A DNA stretch of 63,988 bases, filler included, from Hausera hauseri (Eukaryota), in the NCBI GenBank assembly GCA_046269625.1. It is 11 parts of 11 records of this genome, joined end to end, with 100 filler letters (N's around TTAATTAATTAA, not from the genome) between each part and the next. Parts side by side here need not be neighbours in the genome. Positions count along the whole stretch, not along the records: positions 47,296 to 59,893 come from JBJURY010025563.1; 10 more parts are not named here. The stretch is one strand, 5' to 3'. Below, one piece after another: positions 47,639 to 59,993 of this stretch. The notes below the pieces were generated by a model, which was given only the letters and a program-made list of their open reading frames with translations, was not told where the DNA came from and searched no databases. Position 1 is the first letter of the stretch, and each line of letters begins with the position of its first letter. Both the position numbers and the translations under genes were made by a program.

Positions 47639-50600
47639 TGTAATTATTCATAAATTGATGAATTGATGTTTTCTAAGTGGATTTTATGTTTCAGTGGTTT
47701 CAATTGATGGAATTGTTGCAGTTAGGTTTATTGGCCGAAGGACTTATTTTCATTTTTTGTTTATATTCTTGGAATAACTACAAAACCATTGGTAAAACTC
47801 TAAAATCCGACTTGAATTCCACAATAAAAAGAACAGGAATTACACTGAACATTGGTAGTCCATGTATCATGTTGGTTTTGAACGACAAGGTAGAGCTAAT
47901 GAGTTAAGAGACGAACTCAAGCATACGACCGACTTTGACAAAACTAAAATTTAAATAGTCACTACAATATTCCCCGTGGCAAGCTGTGAACTGTAAGGAT
48001 AAACGGGAAGATTAAACAAACACAAAACGAAACAGTGTGGACTAACTATGTGGTCTTATGTAACAGATTTGTGGTTTGGCTATTCAGTTTTGGTATGAAC
48101 CAGACGTTGTATACCTTCGATGTTTCTCTCTACTGTACTTACTGAAAGTGACAGTTTTGTGATATGTCTTTGCTTTTGTCTCTGGTTGTTGAGGTGTTTT
48201 GAGAGGAAAGATGTCACATTCTGTCGCGTTGAGCGTAGTGTCTTGCTGAGGCAAAATAGACGAAGGAAAATAAGTAACTGAAAATGAATATTTGAAATTG
48301 TCGAAGGGAGTTCCCAAAGATAAATAGTTGGAGGAGGAATAATAACGGGTGAAAAAACGGGAGGAGGAAGTGGAGTAGGGTTAGGGATGCGGGAACAAAA
48401 ACAGGAACAGGAGAAAATGAAGTAGGAGTGGGGACAGGAGCAGAAACAGAAAGAAATGCAGGAGTGAGAAAATTTGCCGAAGTTTTAGTTGGAGATGTGC
48501 CGTCTACAAAAAAGGCAAGTTTCACATTATTTATGTTGACTGCTATTTCCTTTCCTTCTTTGAGAATTACAGCGTTGTGGGAATGTAGTTGAATTAGCTT
48601 GTAAGGCCCTAGACATTGCGGTTAAAAACCAAACGGCGTTTGGTTCCGTAGCCAAACGAACTTTGCAGAATACAAATCGTCGAATAAATACGTTTTATTG
48701 TTGTGTAATGTTCTACAGAACGAGTCTTTACTGACAACTACGAAATGGTCCTGTGCTCCTCTGATCTTTTCATCTGTAGGCGTATTATCTAGGGCGCTTA
48801 ATTCGAACAAGGAACGAACCGGTGTTCCAAATAAGGCTTCGGTAGGTGAGCATCCTGTGGAAGTGGACGGAGTGTTTTGCCAGCCGAGAAGGACGAACGG
48901 TAGAAGTGTGGTCCAATTGGTGTTTGACTGCGCAAGAATTCGAAGTGATGTTTTCAAGATTCGGTGGAAACGTTCGAGCAGGCCATTTGATTGGGGATGA
49001 TAGGGTGTAGTATGAATATGATTTATACCTAATAGGTTGACTAAAGATTTGAACAGATTTGATTCGAATTGAGAACCTTGATCCGAGATGATGTAACGAG
49101 GAGATCCGAATCTACTAATCCATATACTGATGAAAGTATCAGCTATCGTGTCAGTATTTGTGCTCCCTAGTGGAATGGCTTCTGGCCATCGTGAGGCGCG
49201 GTCCATCAAGGTCAGAAAAAATTGATGGCTGTTGTCTATTGGGAGAGGACCGACGATATCAATATGTACAGTTTCAAAGCGTGATGTGCATGAAAAATTG
49301 TATAATGGAGGTTTTAGGTGTTTTATTGTTTTATATTTCTGACAAGGCACGCACTCTTTAACCCATGCTTGCACATCTGAATGCATTGTTGGCCACACTA
49401 CTTGTCGTTGAAGTAAGCGGAAAGTCGCTTTGGCACCAGGGTGGTGTAATGCTTGTACGTTATGAAATGCTTGTTTGTGTAAAGGTGGAGCAAGAATTAC
49501 CTTGGACTGTCCTGGCTTCGAGGTATCTAAGGCCACGCCATCTACTATCCAATGAGATTTAAACGATTTGAGAATATCTTGCGATGGCTGATTTTCACGG
49601 AGCTTTGACTGGGTGAAAATTGGCGAAAACTTGATGGAACCGACTGATTTGGATAAGAAATCAGCAACTAGGTTGTCGACACCCTAGATATGTTTGATGT
49701 CGAAGTTGAAAGTTGATAAATATGAAATTTGCCGTTCTTGTAGAGTGGAACGATGCTTCATCGTCATTATATTAATCAATGGCTTATGATCAGTCTGTAT
49801 AACAAAATGGCGTGCCGTAAGTAAATGCAAAAAATGTGTTAAAGCAATGACTATTGCTAACAGTTCCCGATCGAAAGTCGAGTGTTTTGTTTCTGGTTGA
49901 GTTAATTTTCTAGAAAAGAATTCTAGAGACTGATTTTCTCCTTTGTATAGCTGATGTAGTACAGCTTTTACTGCGATGTTTGATGCATCTGTAGTTAAAA
50001 TTAACTCAGCGTCAGGTTTAGGGAATGCAAGTATTTTCACAGTCTTTAATCCTTCACGTAACCTGTCAAAATCATTCACTATTTGTGGCGTCCACATGAT
50101 TTTCTGATATTTCTTTTCTCCACTTAAGTGAGCGAAAGATGCTATGATTTCCGAACAGTACGGGATATACTTGTGGATGAAATGTAAGGTACCAAGGAAA
50201 CTGCGCATTTCTGTGGTTGTCTTAGGTAGTTGGATATTTTTAAGAGTCTCAACTCGATCAGGTTGAGGTGAATGGCCATCTGGTGAGATAATATATCCGA
50301 AGAAATTAACACGTTTTTTAAAGAAATTACATTTCGCAAAATTGATTTGTAGATTAAACTGTTTAAGACGTTTGAAGATAGATCGTAGATGTTCTTCGTT
50401 TTGTTTAATTGACGACGAGGCAACCAAGATGTCGTCAATATAGGGATGTGCAAAAGTGAAGTCTAAAAGTATTGAATATATGTGTCTTTGAAACATCTGC
50501 GCAGCATTGCGAAGACCGAAAGGCATATACAAGTACTCATAAAGTCCAAAAGGCGTAGCGACTGATGTTTCCTCGATGTCTTCCGGTGCGACAGGAATTT

Positions 50601-53130
50601 GGTAGTAAGCCTTAGCTAAATCGATCGTCGAATAAACTGAGATAGTATTAAGTTGATGTAATGTCTTTGACTAATGGTAGTGGGTATGTGTCCATTGTTG
50701 TTAACGTATTAAGTTGACGATAATCGCAACATGGTCGGAAAGATCCATCTCTTTTGTACCTGTAGGGGTGAAGAACATAGTGATTTAGATCTACGGACGA
50801 TACCCGATTGTTCAAGTTCCATAAATTCAGCTTCTACTGCCTGTCTGCGTTGCGGTGACAATGGACGGACCTTTTTTCTAATTGGCCTTTGATGTCTTGT
50901 AATTATATGGTGGTAAATGCTATTTACTGGAGTGAAATTCCTATCTTTCTGGAGTATCCGAGGACAAAAGGTATGAACGAATTGTTGTAGATTTGCGGGT
51001 AGTTGTTGGAATGTTGTAACTTATAATGAACCGAGATTGCTAGCAGTACTTGGTATATGATTAGTTGTTGATGAGGAATCATGTGGAGCGTGAAGTAGGA
51101 TGGCCTGGTCCGGAACCGTGTTTGAGTAAGTGTTAGTGTTCAGTGATTTTACAGAAAATACCAGATTGTTATTGGGATTAGAACGAAATACCGAGTGTTA
51201 TAAAATAGATAGCTTATTTAACGTGGATTGTGTTGTCGTTGTGATGCTGTCTATTTTTGCATTAAGGTTTGCAAATGTATTTGCTTTCAGACAGCGTCGT
51301 TTACAATCAACTGGTAAATTGTAATGTGAAAGAAAATCTGAGCCAAGTGTTGCAGTCTGGACGTTATAGACTGTAAACGTCCAATGAAATGATGAGGGGA
51401 AATTTTGTACAGTGAAATCAAGTTTGCAGGTTCCGGCGACAAGGAGACCGTGACCAGATGCAGTGTATAATGGTTATATTCTAGATGAAGTATGTTGAAA
51501 CGAAAAAGAAAATGGAAGTAATGATATCGCTGCACCAGTATCAATGAGAAAATCTATTGATTGGATGTTAGGATTGGAGATAGTAGTTTTTAATGTAAAA
51601 ACAGCAAATGAAACATGTCGGCGAAAACAATTAGATAGATTGCCATTGCCAGGATCTGCCGAGGATACTGGCGGCGAAATCCGTTTTTTGGATTGGTGAA
51701 CTAGAACGATTGCTATTAGAGATGTTGGTACGTCTATCGATGGAATAGTTTTTTTAGTTTTGAATGTACAGCCGGTAATACAACTCCTAGCATTAGGACC
51801 GAATTTTGAATGATAGACGCAAATCATATTACTTGAATCTAGATTTGGCGAATAATATTTACACCATAAGCAACATTTATTTGCGTTGTTACTAAATTTG
51901 GTGTGGTAATAGCATACGAAAGACCTCGTAGGTGACGGTGTTCGACTTCTAGCAGGAGAACGTGTTCGATTAGATGGAGGCACATTACGACGCTGTAAAG
52001 AAAGATTATTCAATTTATCATTGATAGAGTTGATGGTGTGATGGAGTGCCGCATTTTCGGCGCGTAATTCGTTTAACTGCTGTTCGAGTGAAACATTGTT
52101 GGTAGTAACTGCTGCAGAAATAACTGGTTGAGTGTGTACGTTCAAAACCTCATAGGTTTTATCCGCCAGTTCGGCTAATTTATCTAATGTTGTCGATTCT
52201 TCAACGACAGTAAGGCCCTAATTCGTATGGGCAATGCATTCAGGAAGTAGCGTCGCAAAAGATGGGCGTTATGTTGTTTCGTCACGCCAAGTGTTTGAAG
52301 TTGCACGAGTGACGTTCTGAGAAAATCAGATGGCTTCTGCTCCCCATTGCATTGTCGTTGAAGAAGCTGTGAATTATTGAGTCCATAGATGGTTCCGTAA
52401 GTTTCAAAACGGCGTCGTAAAGATGCGTGTATGGATCAGGTTTCTGGAAGATATCGAGCAAATCATGAATTTCCGTTTTTACAGTTGTTGGTAAAAGACA
52501 GCAGGTTATGGGCCTTAGTTACCGGATGAGTGATGTTGTTGAATTGCAGCCAGAGTTTGTGGAATCTAAGCCACATTTTATTAGACTGGTTGTGGTCAAT
52601 AAAATATTCTGTGCACTGAGAAGTGTGTTTGACTGTCGAGGTTGTAGAAGCATAACTACTGAAATGAGATGGCGTAATGACGGTCGGTGGTTTTGGATGA
52701 AAAGGAAAATGTGGTGATTTTGGAGTATTTTTATCAGTGGTGTCGATGGTGGGTGAAGAATTCATCCCGCCACGTATGCGAATGTGTATGTTAATGATGA
52801 TGCAATGCGTTGAAGGTACGGAAAGGTTACAAAGGTTGCCATTAGTTACTGGTAGATTATTGTATGTAAGATAGAAGTCGGAGATGTTGGCGATGTGTAC
52901 CATGTAGTTGTATAGATAGGATGCATCAACCGAATTTGCTATTCGGTGTGTTAGTAAATGGTAATTGTTTAGAAAGAATAAGAAAGAAATAGTTGGTGTA
53001 AACTCAAATGGTTGGTGTGGTGACGAAACACACCATTGCGTGGGACTCGTTGACTAAACACAGAAAGTTGAGTGGCTGATCATTCTATAGTTTGTTTGTA
53101 ACTCAAGAGTATGAGATGACTGGACCACTT
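47639..53130 (-). mobile_element. Ty3/Gypsy family A copy 2, nearly complete internal region (gag-PR-RT-RH-INT), degraded
   Basis: FLIDTGAAISLLP, CCDYRQLN, MPFGLRNAAQMFQR, YIDDILV, LTTDAS, HIDIVGPLP...ISDQGSQF...HPQSNGLLERFH. LTR end ACTACA at 47966 adjoins a PPT-like tract. The outer LTR edge and the 5' LTR are uncertain. Confidence 0.95.
51474..53083 (-). pseudogene. gag: Gag-protease with N-terminal ubiquitin-like leader
   Basis: Frame starts at ATG 53083 (one TAG), reads ...IHIRIRGG-MNSSP..., then Gag (KPSDFLR, LDKLAELADK), two CxYHxKF..NA..C...C motifs and the DTGA protease. Confidence 0.8.
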
Positions 53131-53311
53131 CATTAATTTCTATGTGACCGTCATCAAGTTCTCGAATTCTTGCGAGTGCAAGGTGTCTCGAAAAACTATG
53201 TAGTGGATAAATAATAAAGTGAAACAACGATTGAATAGAATAGACGGAAATTATGATCTGAGCAATAAAGAAAACAATGTTTTGTTGAAATGATTTAGAA
53301 TTCCCGAGGCG

Positions 53312-53998
53312 TCAGAAGTCATGCCGAAATTGTAGCAACGTCTGCGCTAGGCACCAAATGTATTTCAAAATTTCCAGGTGACAGCCATCGAACTGGATTA
53401 TGAAAAACAAAGAGAAAATGTGATACTGCCAAAACGGTTTGGTGACAAACTCAATAAAATTGAAGTAGCTAACAGACAATGCAATAAATAAATTTTTGTC
53501 AACAACAACTCCTATACTGGAGTAAATAATGACGGGATTTGTGTAGGGAATGATCAACATCGCCATATCAATATAGTAGTAGCAACCGAAATTAAGGACC
53601 TTGCCCATAAACGTTCTAAAGAACTTTGGTATAACAGTGTAGGTGGTCCCATATGATGTCTCGTATTCAATTAACAAAGGCAAAAACATGATTGTCGGCA
53701 ATAGTAATTTATGTAGCCATTTTAAACCAAATACGCCGTTTACAAATTCCAAAAGAATCATACAACTTATCGTGGGCAAACCTGTGGAATATTGATTAAA
53801 ATATGTTTCCGCTGGACCGATTTTCGTTAAATTATGTTTCAAAATGACTATAATACTTATCAGGACCTGATGAAACGTGAATCTCAATTCCCCTTCGGAA
53901 TGAATGCTCAAACGTAAAAGTAAATCGGCAGTCTCAAATAAACTCATATTTAAAGGGAGTAACCCTATAATGGTGAGCATATAAGTTTCAGAGGGCAA
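53312..53998 (-). CDS. Unidentified multi-pass membrane protein ORF (228 aa)
   Basis: Uninterrupted ORF with about 5-6 hydrophobic segments; family not recognised. Confidence 0.4.
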   Translation of the reverse strand: MPSETYMLTIIGLLPLNMSLFETADLLLRLSIHSEGELRFTFHQVLISIIVILKHNLTKIGPAETYFNQYSTGLPTISCMILLEFVNGVFGLKWLHKLLLPTIMFLPLLIEYETSYGTTYTVIPKFFRTFMGKVLNFGCYYYIDMAMLIIPYTNPVIIYSSIGVVVDKNLFIALSVSYFNFIEFVTKPFWQYHIFSLFFIIQFDGCHLEILKYIWCLAQTLLQFRHDF

Positions 53999-54116
53999 TA
54001 CTGTGCCAGCATTGGCATGAACGATAATAAATGAGAGAAATGAATGGAGGGTATTGTTAATGAAAAATATTAAAAAAATATTTGATGAGAGAATGACACC
54101 ATACTACCAGTCTTAC

Positions 54117-54690
54117 CTCGTCGTGTCTCTCCAAAAGGGTTGCCGGTGAACTGACTTTCTTTACAACCGGTTCTTCGTCTTCATTGAAATTTAATGGCGG
54201 AATTTTAGACACATTATACGTTTTGCGTTTTGTGGCCTTCGAGCTTGCTGGAGTCTTTTTGATAATAAGATTCTTTCATTTTTTTGTGACAAATTAGTAA
54301 TCAAATCAAATAAATCATCTTCAGATATTTGCTTTGTTTTGAACTGGGTAGCCTGTTTAATTTTCGATTCACCAAGTTCTTTACCAACAACCAAATACGT
54401 CGTTTTACCGCTAACTGTTTTCGTTACTTTTCCACCATGTTTCTGCATCAGCGTTTCTGCTGTGTCTCGTTCGATACTTTTAAAAACTATTAATGACGAA
54501 TGTCAATCCAAGTAGACAATTCGGGTCGCCGTCCGGAATTTCTTTCGTTCCCAACGCTTCGTGATTCGGCCGATTCAGATACGCATAATAAGCGGCTTTG
54601 CTCGCCGATTTTGGTGAAGACATTGAGGTACCGGATGTTATCGGTGTTTTTACTGGAGTGTATTTCTTTTCTTCAACTTTTGTGCCTGCT
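54117..54690 (-). pseudogene. RFC1: Replication factor C subunit 1 BRCT-domain fragment
   Basis: AYYAYLNRPNHEALGTKEIPDGDPNCLLGLTFVI / SIERDTAETLMQKHGGKVTKTVSGKTTYLVVG...ISEDDLFDLI; frameshifted. Confidence 0.85.
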
Positions 54691-56960
54691 GTTTCATTTG
54701 TTGCTATCTTAACGTCAGATTTCGGTGCAAAAATCGGCAATTCGACGTTATCTAACATTTGATAAATTTCGTTGATTTCAAAATTATCGCTGATGTTATA
54801 AATAAATGCTCGGATTCTGGCTGCAGAATTCACAAAATTGAAATGGTCGGAGTTGTGTTTATTGAATTCTAGTGGAGTTGGACATCGCTTAGTGCCAGAC
54901 CAAAATGGCATACCTCGCGATGTGATAGCGTCAAATGGGAAATTGTGAAGCAGCTGTTTAATATTATTAGAAAATTGCTGTTCCCATAAAATCCGACTCC
55001 AATGAACAGTCTTTGAAAGACGTCGGTGTATTATACAAAGCATTGACAGCATTTTCGAAGTTTTCTGTAGACTGTGAAATGTTAAAAGACTTAATAAATT
55101 CTTCCGTTATGGAAAAATTGTTGCGCAGCAATCGACGGCTGAGTAAACAACCACTCAAACATGTCCCTTGACCATTGGATAGTATGATCGATTGTGTAGG
55201 GGAAATTCTTCAATGTACAAACTGGAATTGACTTTACCGGTGGATCTTGTGATGAACTGTACGATTCAGTCAAATGAGGAATGACAACTTGGACATTGCC
55301 CTTTGTTCCTAAAGTGCCCGACTCGAGCAACGGTTTTTGATAGAAAACACACCGTCTGTCCATGTACATTCGGACATCGATGTTATCCAATGCATTTGCA
55401 ACAATGTCAATACTGTTGAAAAATGAATCGTCAAAGAAAGACTCGGTTTCTTTACCAACTTTCAAATCGAGTGCTTGAATGTTAATACTCGGGTTGATAT
55501 TTTTGGCGGCTTTTGCCGCAGCCAACGATTTCAATTTACCGATATCCGACGGTCGGAAAAAAAACTGTCGATTAAGATTGGACTTTTCTATATTATCCAT
55601 ATCGGTAATTATAACTTCACCATTGCCCTGACCCTCGAACACCGAACCAACACTCATTAGAGCAAAGCTTTTCAACAATTCACAACCAATTGCACCTGAC
55701 CCGACTATAACCAATTTTAAATTGGAAAGTTTTTGTTGAAAATCAACGCCGAAAACGGTAATCTGGCCTCCATATCTTTCGTATGATTTGTACTAAACTT
55801 GAGTGGATTTGAATTCATTAGCAATGTTTTTTGACTCGCTACTGTCAGGTAAACATTCCAGTGCGTCGAAATAAAAGAACTGTTTAATCGGAAAGAATTT
55901 TGATGAAGTTGCTTTCAATACTTCCTGTGCTGTAATACCACCAATTACAGCCTGGATCGGCGCTAGATTTCCATTAGTATAACTGAAAAATGACGAAGCA
56001 AGTTCTTCATTCAACTCGATATTTGGAAACGTTGTTTCACGGATGTCCTTCAACTGTTTTAAGAAACTTTGAAAATCATTCGGATATACTTTATCCACCA
56101 AAGAAAACAATGTGCAATTGTTCGACTCTTTCAATTTTGGCAAAATCACTCATAACAAATTAAAGTGATTTGTAAGCTTCTTCAAAAGACTTGAACGATT
56201 CAATCTTCGGCATTTTCACTTGCATGCAAATACCACCATGACTGTATGATGAGAACTTCGACGTATCACCAATTTTGAAACTTACTGGGCCCTCAACTCT
56301 AGTTTCTCGTGGTTCACAATTATTCAATTCGATCATTCCATTAAATTCGGAAAACGTCACATAGTCACCATCTTCAAAACCGTGTCTTGTTTCTTCTAAA
56401 CAAAGAACGACCCCTTCTCCATCGCGCGAAACACTCTGAATCGTAACAGATAACGGTTCTTCACCAGTAGCATCATTAATTAAATGTTCGGTACCGAAAT
56501 CACAAAAAACTTGACCGAAAAGCCCAGCAGTTCGTGAAATAATCAGCTTTACATTATTACTATGGCAAAATTTTCATAAGTTTATGCACTCTTCGTGAGT
56601 TGAATTCGTCAGAACGACAAGTGTAAATCGTTTAAGAAAATTCAATGTTAAATCTTCTGAGCTTTGGTTCACAATAACATATGAATTGAGTTCGCGTAAT
56701 TTTACCAGACAAGCTTCAGCTCGATTCTTTCCAATATCAGACTTTTTGAAATAAAATTGTGACGAAAGATCATTTGACGAAACCAATTCTTTATCATGAA
56801 GCATAACGGATTTTACACCAGCCAAAATTACATTTTTCGCTATTTCTACACCTAGACCACCAAGTCCGGATATTAAAATATTAGAATTGGCAATATTCAA
56901 CATGCCTTCCTTTCCAATAACATAATTGCCGGCTGTATAAATTTTCGTCAATATTATAAC
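54691..56960 (-). pseudogene. UBA1: Ubiquitin-activating enzyme E1, lacking C-terminal part, frameshifted, no introns seen
   Basis: [85 protein letters not shown] (catalytic Cys), PFWSGTKRCP. Confidence 0.93.
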
Positions 56961-56999
56961 CATTATGAGTTTCACTATGCGAATTCCAATTATTCGTAT

Positions 57000-57365
57000 T
57001 CATATCATTGGCAGATTGTTTTTTGGTACCATGACATGATTTTCAGTTACCGATTGTGTATTATTGTATACATTCAATTTTTTATCCGATTTATAAAAAT
57101 CTGTAGCAGAAATATCTGTTTCTTTATTTTCCGGTTTTTTGTTAAAATACTGCTCAATTGTCACATCTTTTTTATTCAATTTTTTTTGTTCTTCTGCTTC
57201 ATTTGTTTTTGCTTGTTCCTTCTTCGGTTGAAATTTATTTTTAATTTCAGATAAATCAAATTCTACATCCGATTCTGATTCTGATGAAAAAGCTTCAGGA
57301 GCAATTTCAAAACGAAGTATTTTTAACTTTATCTGACACCAATGTAGATTTGAAGATAATTCCAT
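57000..57365 (-). pseudogene. Charged low-complexity segment, possibly RFC1 N-terminal region
   Basis: VTIEQYFN and ISATDFY short motifs in a K/E-rich frame directly upstream of the UBA1 segment. Confidence 0.3.
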
Positions 57366-57670
57366 AATAAAAGTCCACTAAAGCGATAACTAAGTATATT
57401 TTTATTCAAACTAACAATTGTTTGATTCTAAAAAAATCATTATCATATTTATATCTGTACAAAAGTTTATATATGGTTAATAAAAATTTTTCTGGTAGAA
57501 TTCGATAAATATTTTCTTTTCGGTAGAACGACAATTCATTTCGACAGTTAAAGTTCGAAATATTATATTTGACGAGTATTTTCATTTTGAAAGAACATTG
57601 GGAAAATTTCTGAGTGACACTTGTTTAGGTTTTGATTAGCCTGTCTTTGCACTTTATTGTGATCATTCCA

Positions 57671-59893
57671 TGTAGTTGTATTGCCACAGGATTTTTATCT
57701 CGAACTGGAATCCAGAAATTCGAATGATTGTAATCCCGATGAGAAACACTGCATGACGAAGCAACACTACTAGACTGCATCATTCCTCGGCAAAACAGTA
57801 ATCAACAACAAAAAATAAAAAACTTTACTAAAGTAGCATGTCACTTGCTAGGCTCAACATCACCTCCCCCCCAATGTGGCGAAGTGTGACTGTGAAGACA
57901 AAAGAAGTAGTACCGAACGTAGAACGAAATAGTTTGAGCTAACTATGTGGCTTTCGTATGTACAAGTCGTTGTATTCCATCAGTATTTAGCACTCTACTA
58001 TAAGTACTAAAAGTGACCGATTTGTATTTTTTGAGTTGTTAAATCTGACTGACAAGTTCGTGGAGGCAGAACTATGTCAGATGTCGTAGTTGAACTTGGT
58101 ATATTGTTCAGAGACGAAAAAGGGGCTGGAGGTAAAAATGTAGTAGAAAAAGGAGGAAAAATTGGGAGATTAGTGAAAGGAGTTGGAGGAGTAAATTCTA
58201 GTAACGGGGTAGGTGTAGAGTCAGGAGCAGAAACAGAAGGGAATGTAGGAGTCAGAAAATTTGTCAAAGTTTCGGTTGGAGAAGTGTCGTCTACAAAAAA
58301 GGCGGGTTTCACATTATTTATATAAACTGCTAATTGCTTTCCGTCTTTAAGAATGATAGCGTTGTGGGAATGTAGTTGAATTAGCTTATATGGCCCTAGA
58401 TACTGTGGTTGAAAACTAAACGGTGTTTGATTCCGTAGCCAAACAAACTTTGCAGAATACAAATCGTCGGGTAAATACGTTTCATTGTTATGTAGTATTC
58501 TATAGAACGAGTCTTTACTGACCGCGACGAAATGGTCCTGTGCTGCCCTGATCTTTTCGTCTGTAGGCATATTATCTAGGGCGGTCAATTCGAACAAGGA
58601 GCGAACAGGTGTTGCAAATAAGGCTTCGGTAGGCGAGCATCCTGTGGAAGTGGACGGAATGTTTCGCCAACCGAGCAGGACGAACGGTAAAAGTGTTGTC
58701 TAGTTGGTGTTTGACTGCGCAAGAATCCGAAGTGATGATTTGAAGGTTCGATGGAAACGTTCGAGCAGGCCATTTGATTGAGGATGGTAGGGTGTAGTAT
58801 AAATATGATTTATACCTAATCGGTTGACTAAAGATTTGAACAGATTTGATTCAAATTGAGAACCTTGATCCGAGATGATGTATCGAGGGGATCCGAATCT
58901 ACTAATCCACGTACGAATAAAAGTATCAGCTATCGTGTCAGTATTTGTGCTCCGTAGTGGAATGGCTTCCGGCCATCGTGAGGCACGGTCCATCATGGTT
59001 AGAGTAAATTGGTGGCCGTTGTCTATTGGGAGAGGACCAACGATATCAATATGCACAGTTTCAAAGTGTGAAGTGCATGGAAAATGACATAATGGAGGTT
59101 TTAGTTGTTTTATTGTTTTATACTTCTGACAAGGCACGCACTCTTTAACCCATGCTTGCACATCTGAACGCATGGTTGGCCACACTACTTGTCGTTAAAG
59201 TAAGCGGAAAGTCGCTTTGGCACCAGAATGGTGTAATGCATGTACGTTATTAAATGCATGTTTGTGTAGAGATGGAGCAAGAATTACCTTGGACTGTCCT
59301 GGCTTCGAGGTATCTAAGGCCACGCCATCGAATATCTGATGAGATTTGAACGATTTGAGGATATCTTGCGATGGCTGATTTTTCTGGAGTTTTGCCTGGG
59401 TGAAAAATGGCGAAAAGTTGTTGGAACCGACTAATCTGGATAAGAAATCGGCAACTAGGTTGTCCACGTCCTCGATATGTTTTATATCAAAGTTGAAAGT
59501 TGATAAATATAAAATTTGCCGTTCTTGTCGAGTGGAAGGATGCTTCATTGTCATTATATTAATCAACGGCTTGTGACCAGTCTGTATGACAAAATGGCAT
59601 GCCGTAAGTAAATGCGAAAAATGTCTTAAAGCGAGGACTATTGCTAACAGTTCTCGGTCGAAAGTTGAGTATCTTGTTTCTGGTGGAGTTAATTTTCTAG
59701 AAAAGAATTCAGGAGGCTGATTTTCACCTTTGTATAGCTGGTGTAGTACAGCTCCTACTGCAGTGTTTGATGCATTTGTAGTTAAAATTAACTCAGCGTC
59801 GGGTTTAGGGAATGCTAGTATTTCCACAGTCTTTAGTCCTTCGCGTAACTTGTCGAAATCATTGACCAGTTGTGGCGTCCACATGATTTTCTG
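57671..59893 (-). mobile_element. Ty3/Gypsy family A copy 3 (RNase H, integrase, PPT, 3' LTR)
   Basis: ORFs 59195-59884, 58700-59185 and 58007-58597 are closely similar to copy 2. PPT TCACCTCCCCCCC at 57860-57872; putative LTR TGTAG...CAACA at 57671-57859. Confidence 0.92.
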
Positions 59894-59993
59894 NNNNNNN
59901 NNNNNNNNNNNNNNNNNNNNNNNNNNNNNNNNNNNNNTTAATTAATTAANNNNNNNNNNNNNNNNNNNNNNNNNNNNNNNNNNNNNNNNNNNN

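Noticed and set aside
54001-54116. GTAAGA...CACAG intron joining the RFC1 fragment to the membrane ORF
   Set aside because: The splice is out of phase with the most plausible upstream frame (DEEPVVKKVSSP).
9089-56960. UBLs, RING gene and UBA1 as one co-located ubiquitination system
   Set aside because: They belong to unrelated elements, mostly on different contigs, and most are pseudogenised; co-location is not evidence of a pathway.
3957-59993. Recurring TTAATTAATTAA within N runs (3957, 9473, 14040, 19969, 24842, 30781, 35073, 39233, 47196, 59894; each 100 bp)
   Set aside because: Artificial six-frame-stop contig linker, not a biological repeat or piggyBac target site.
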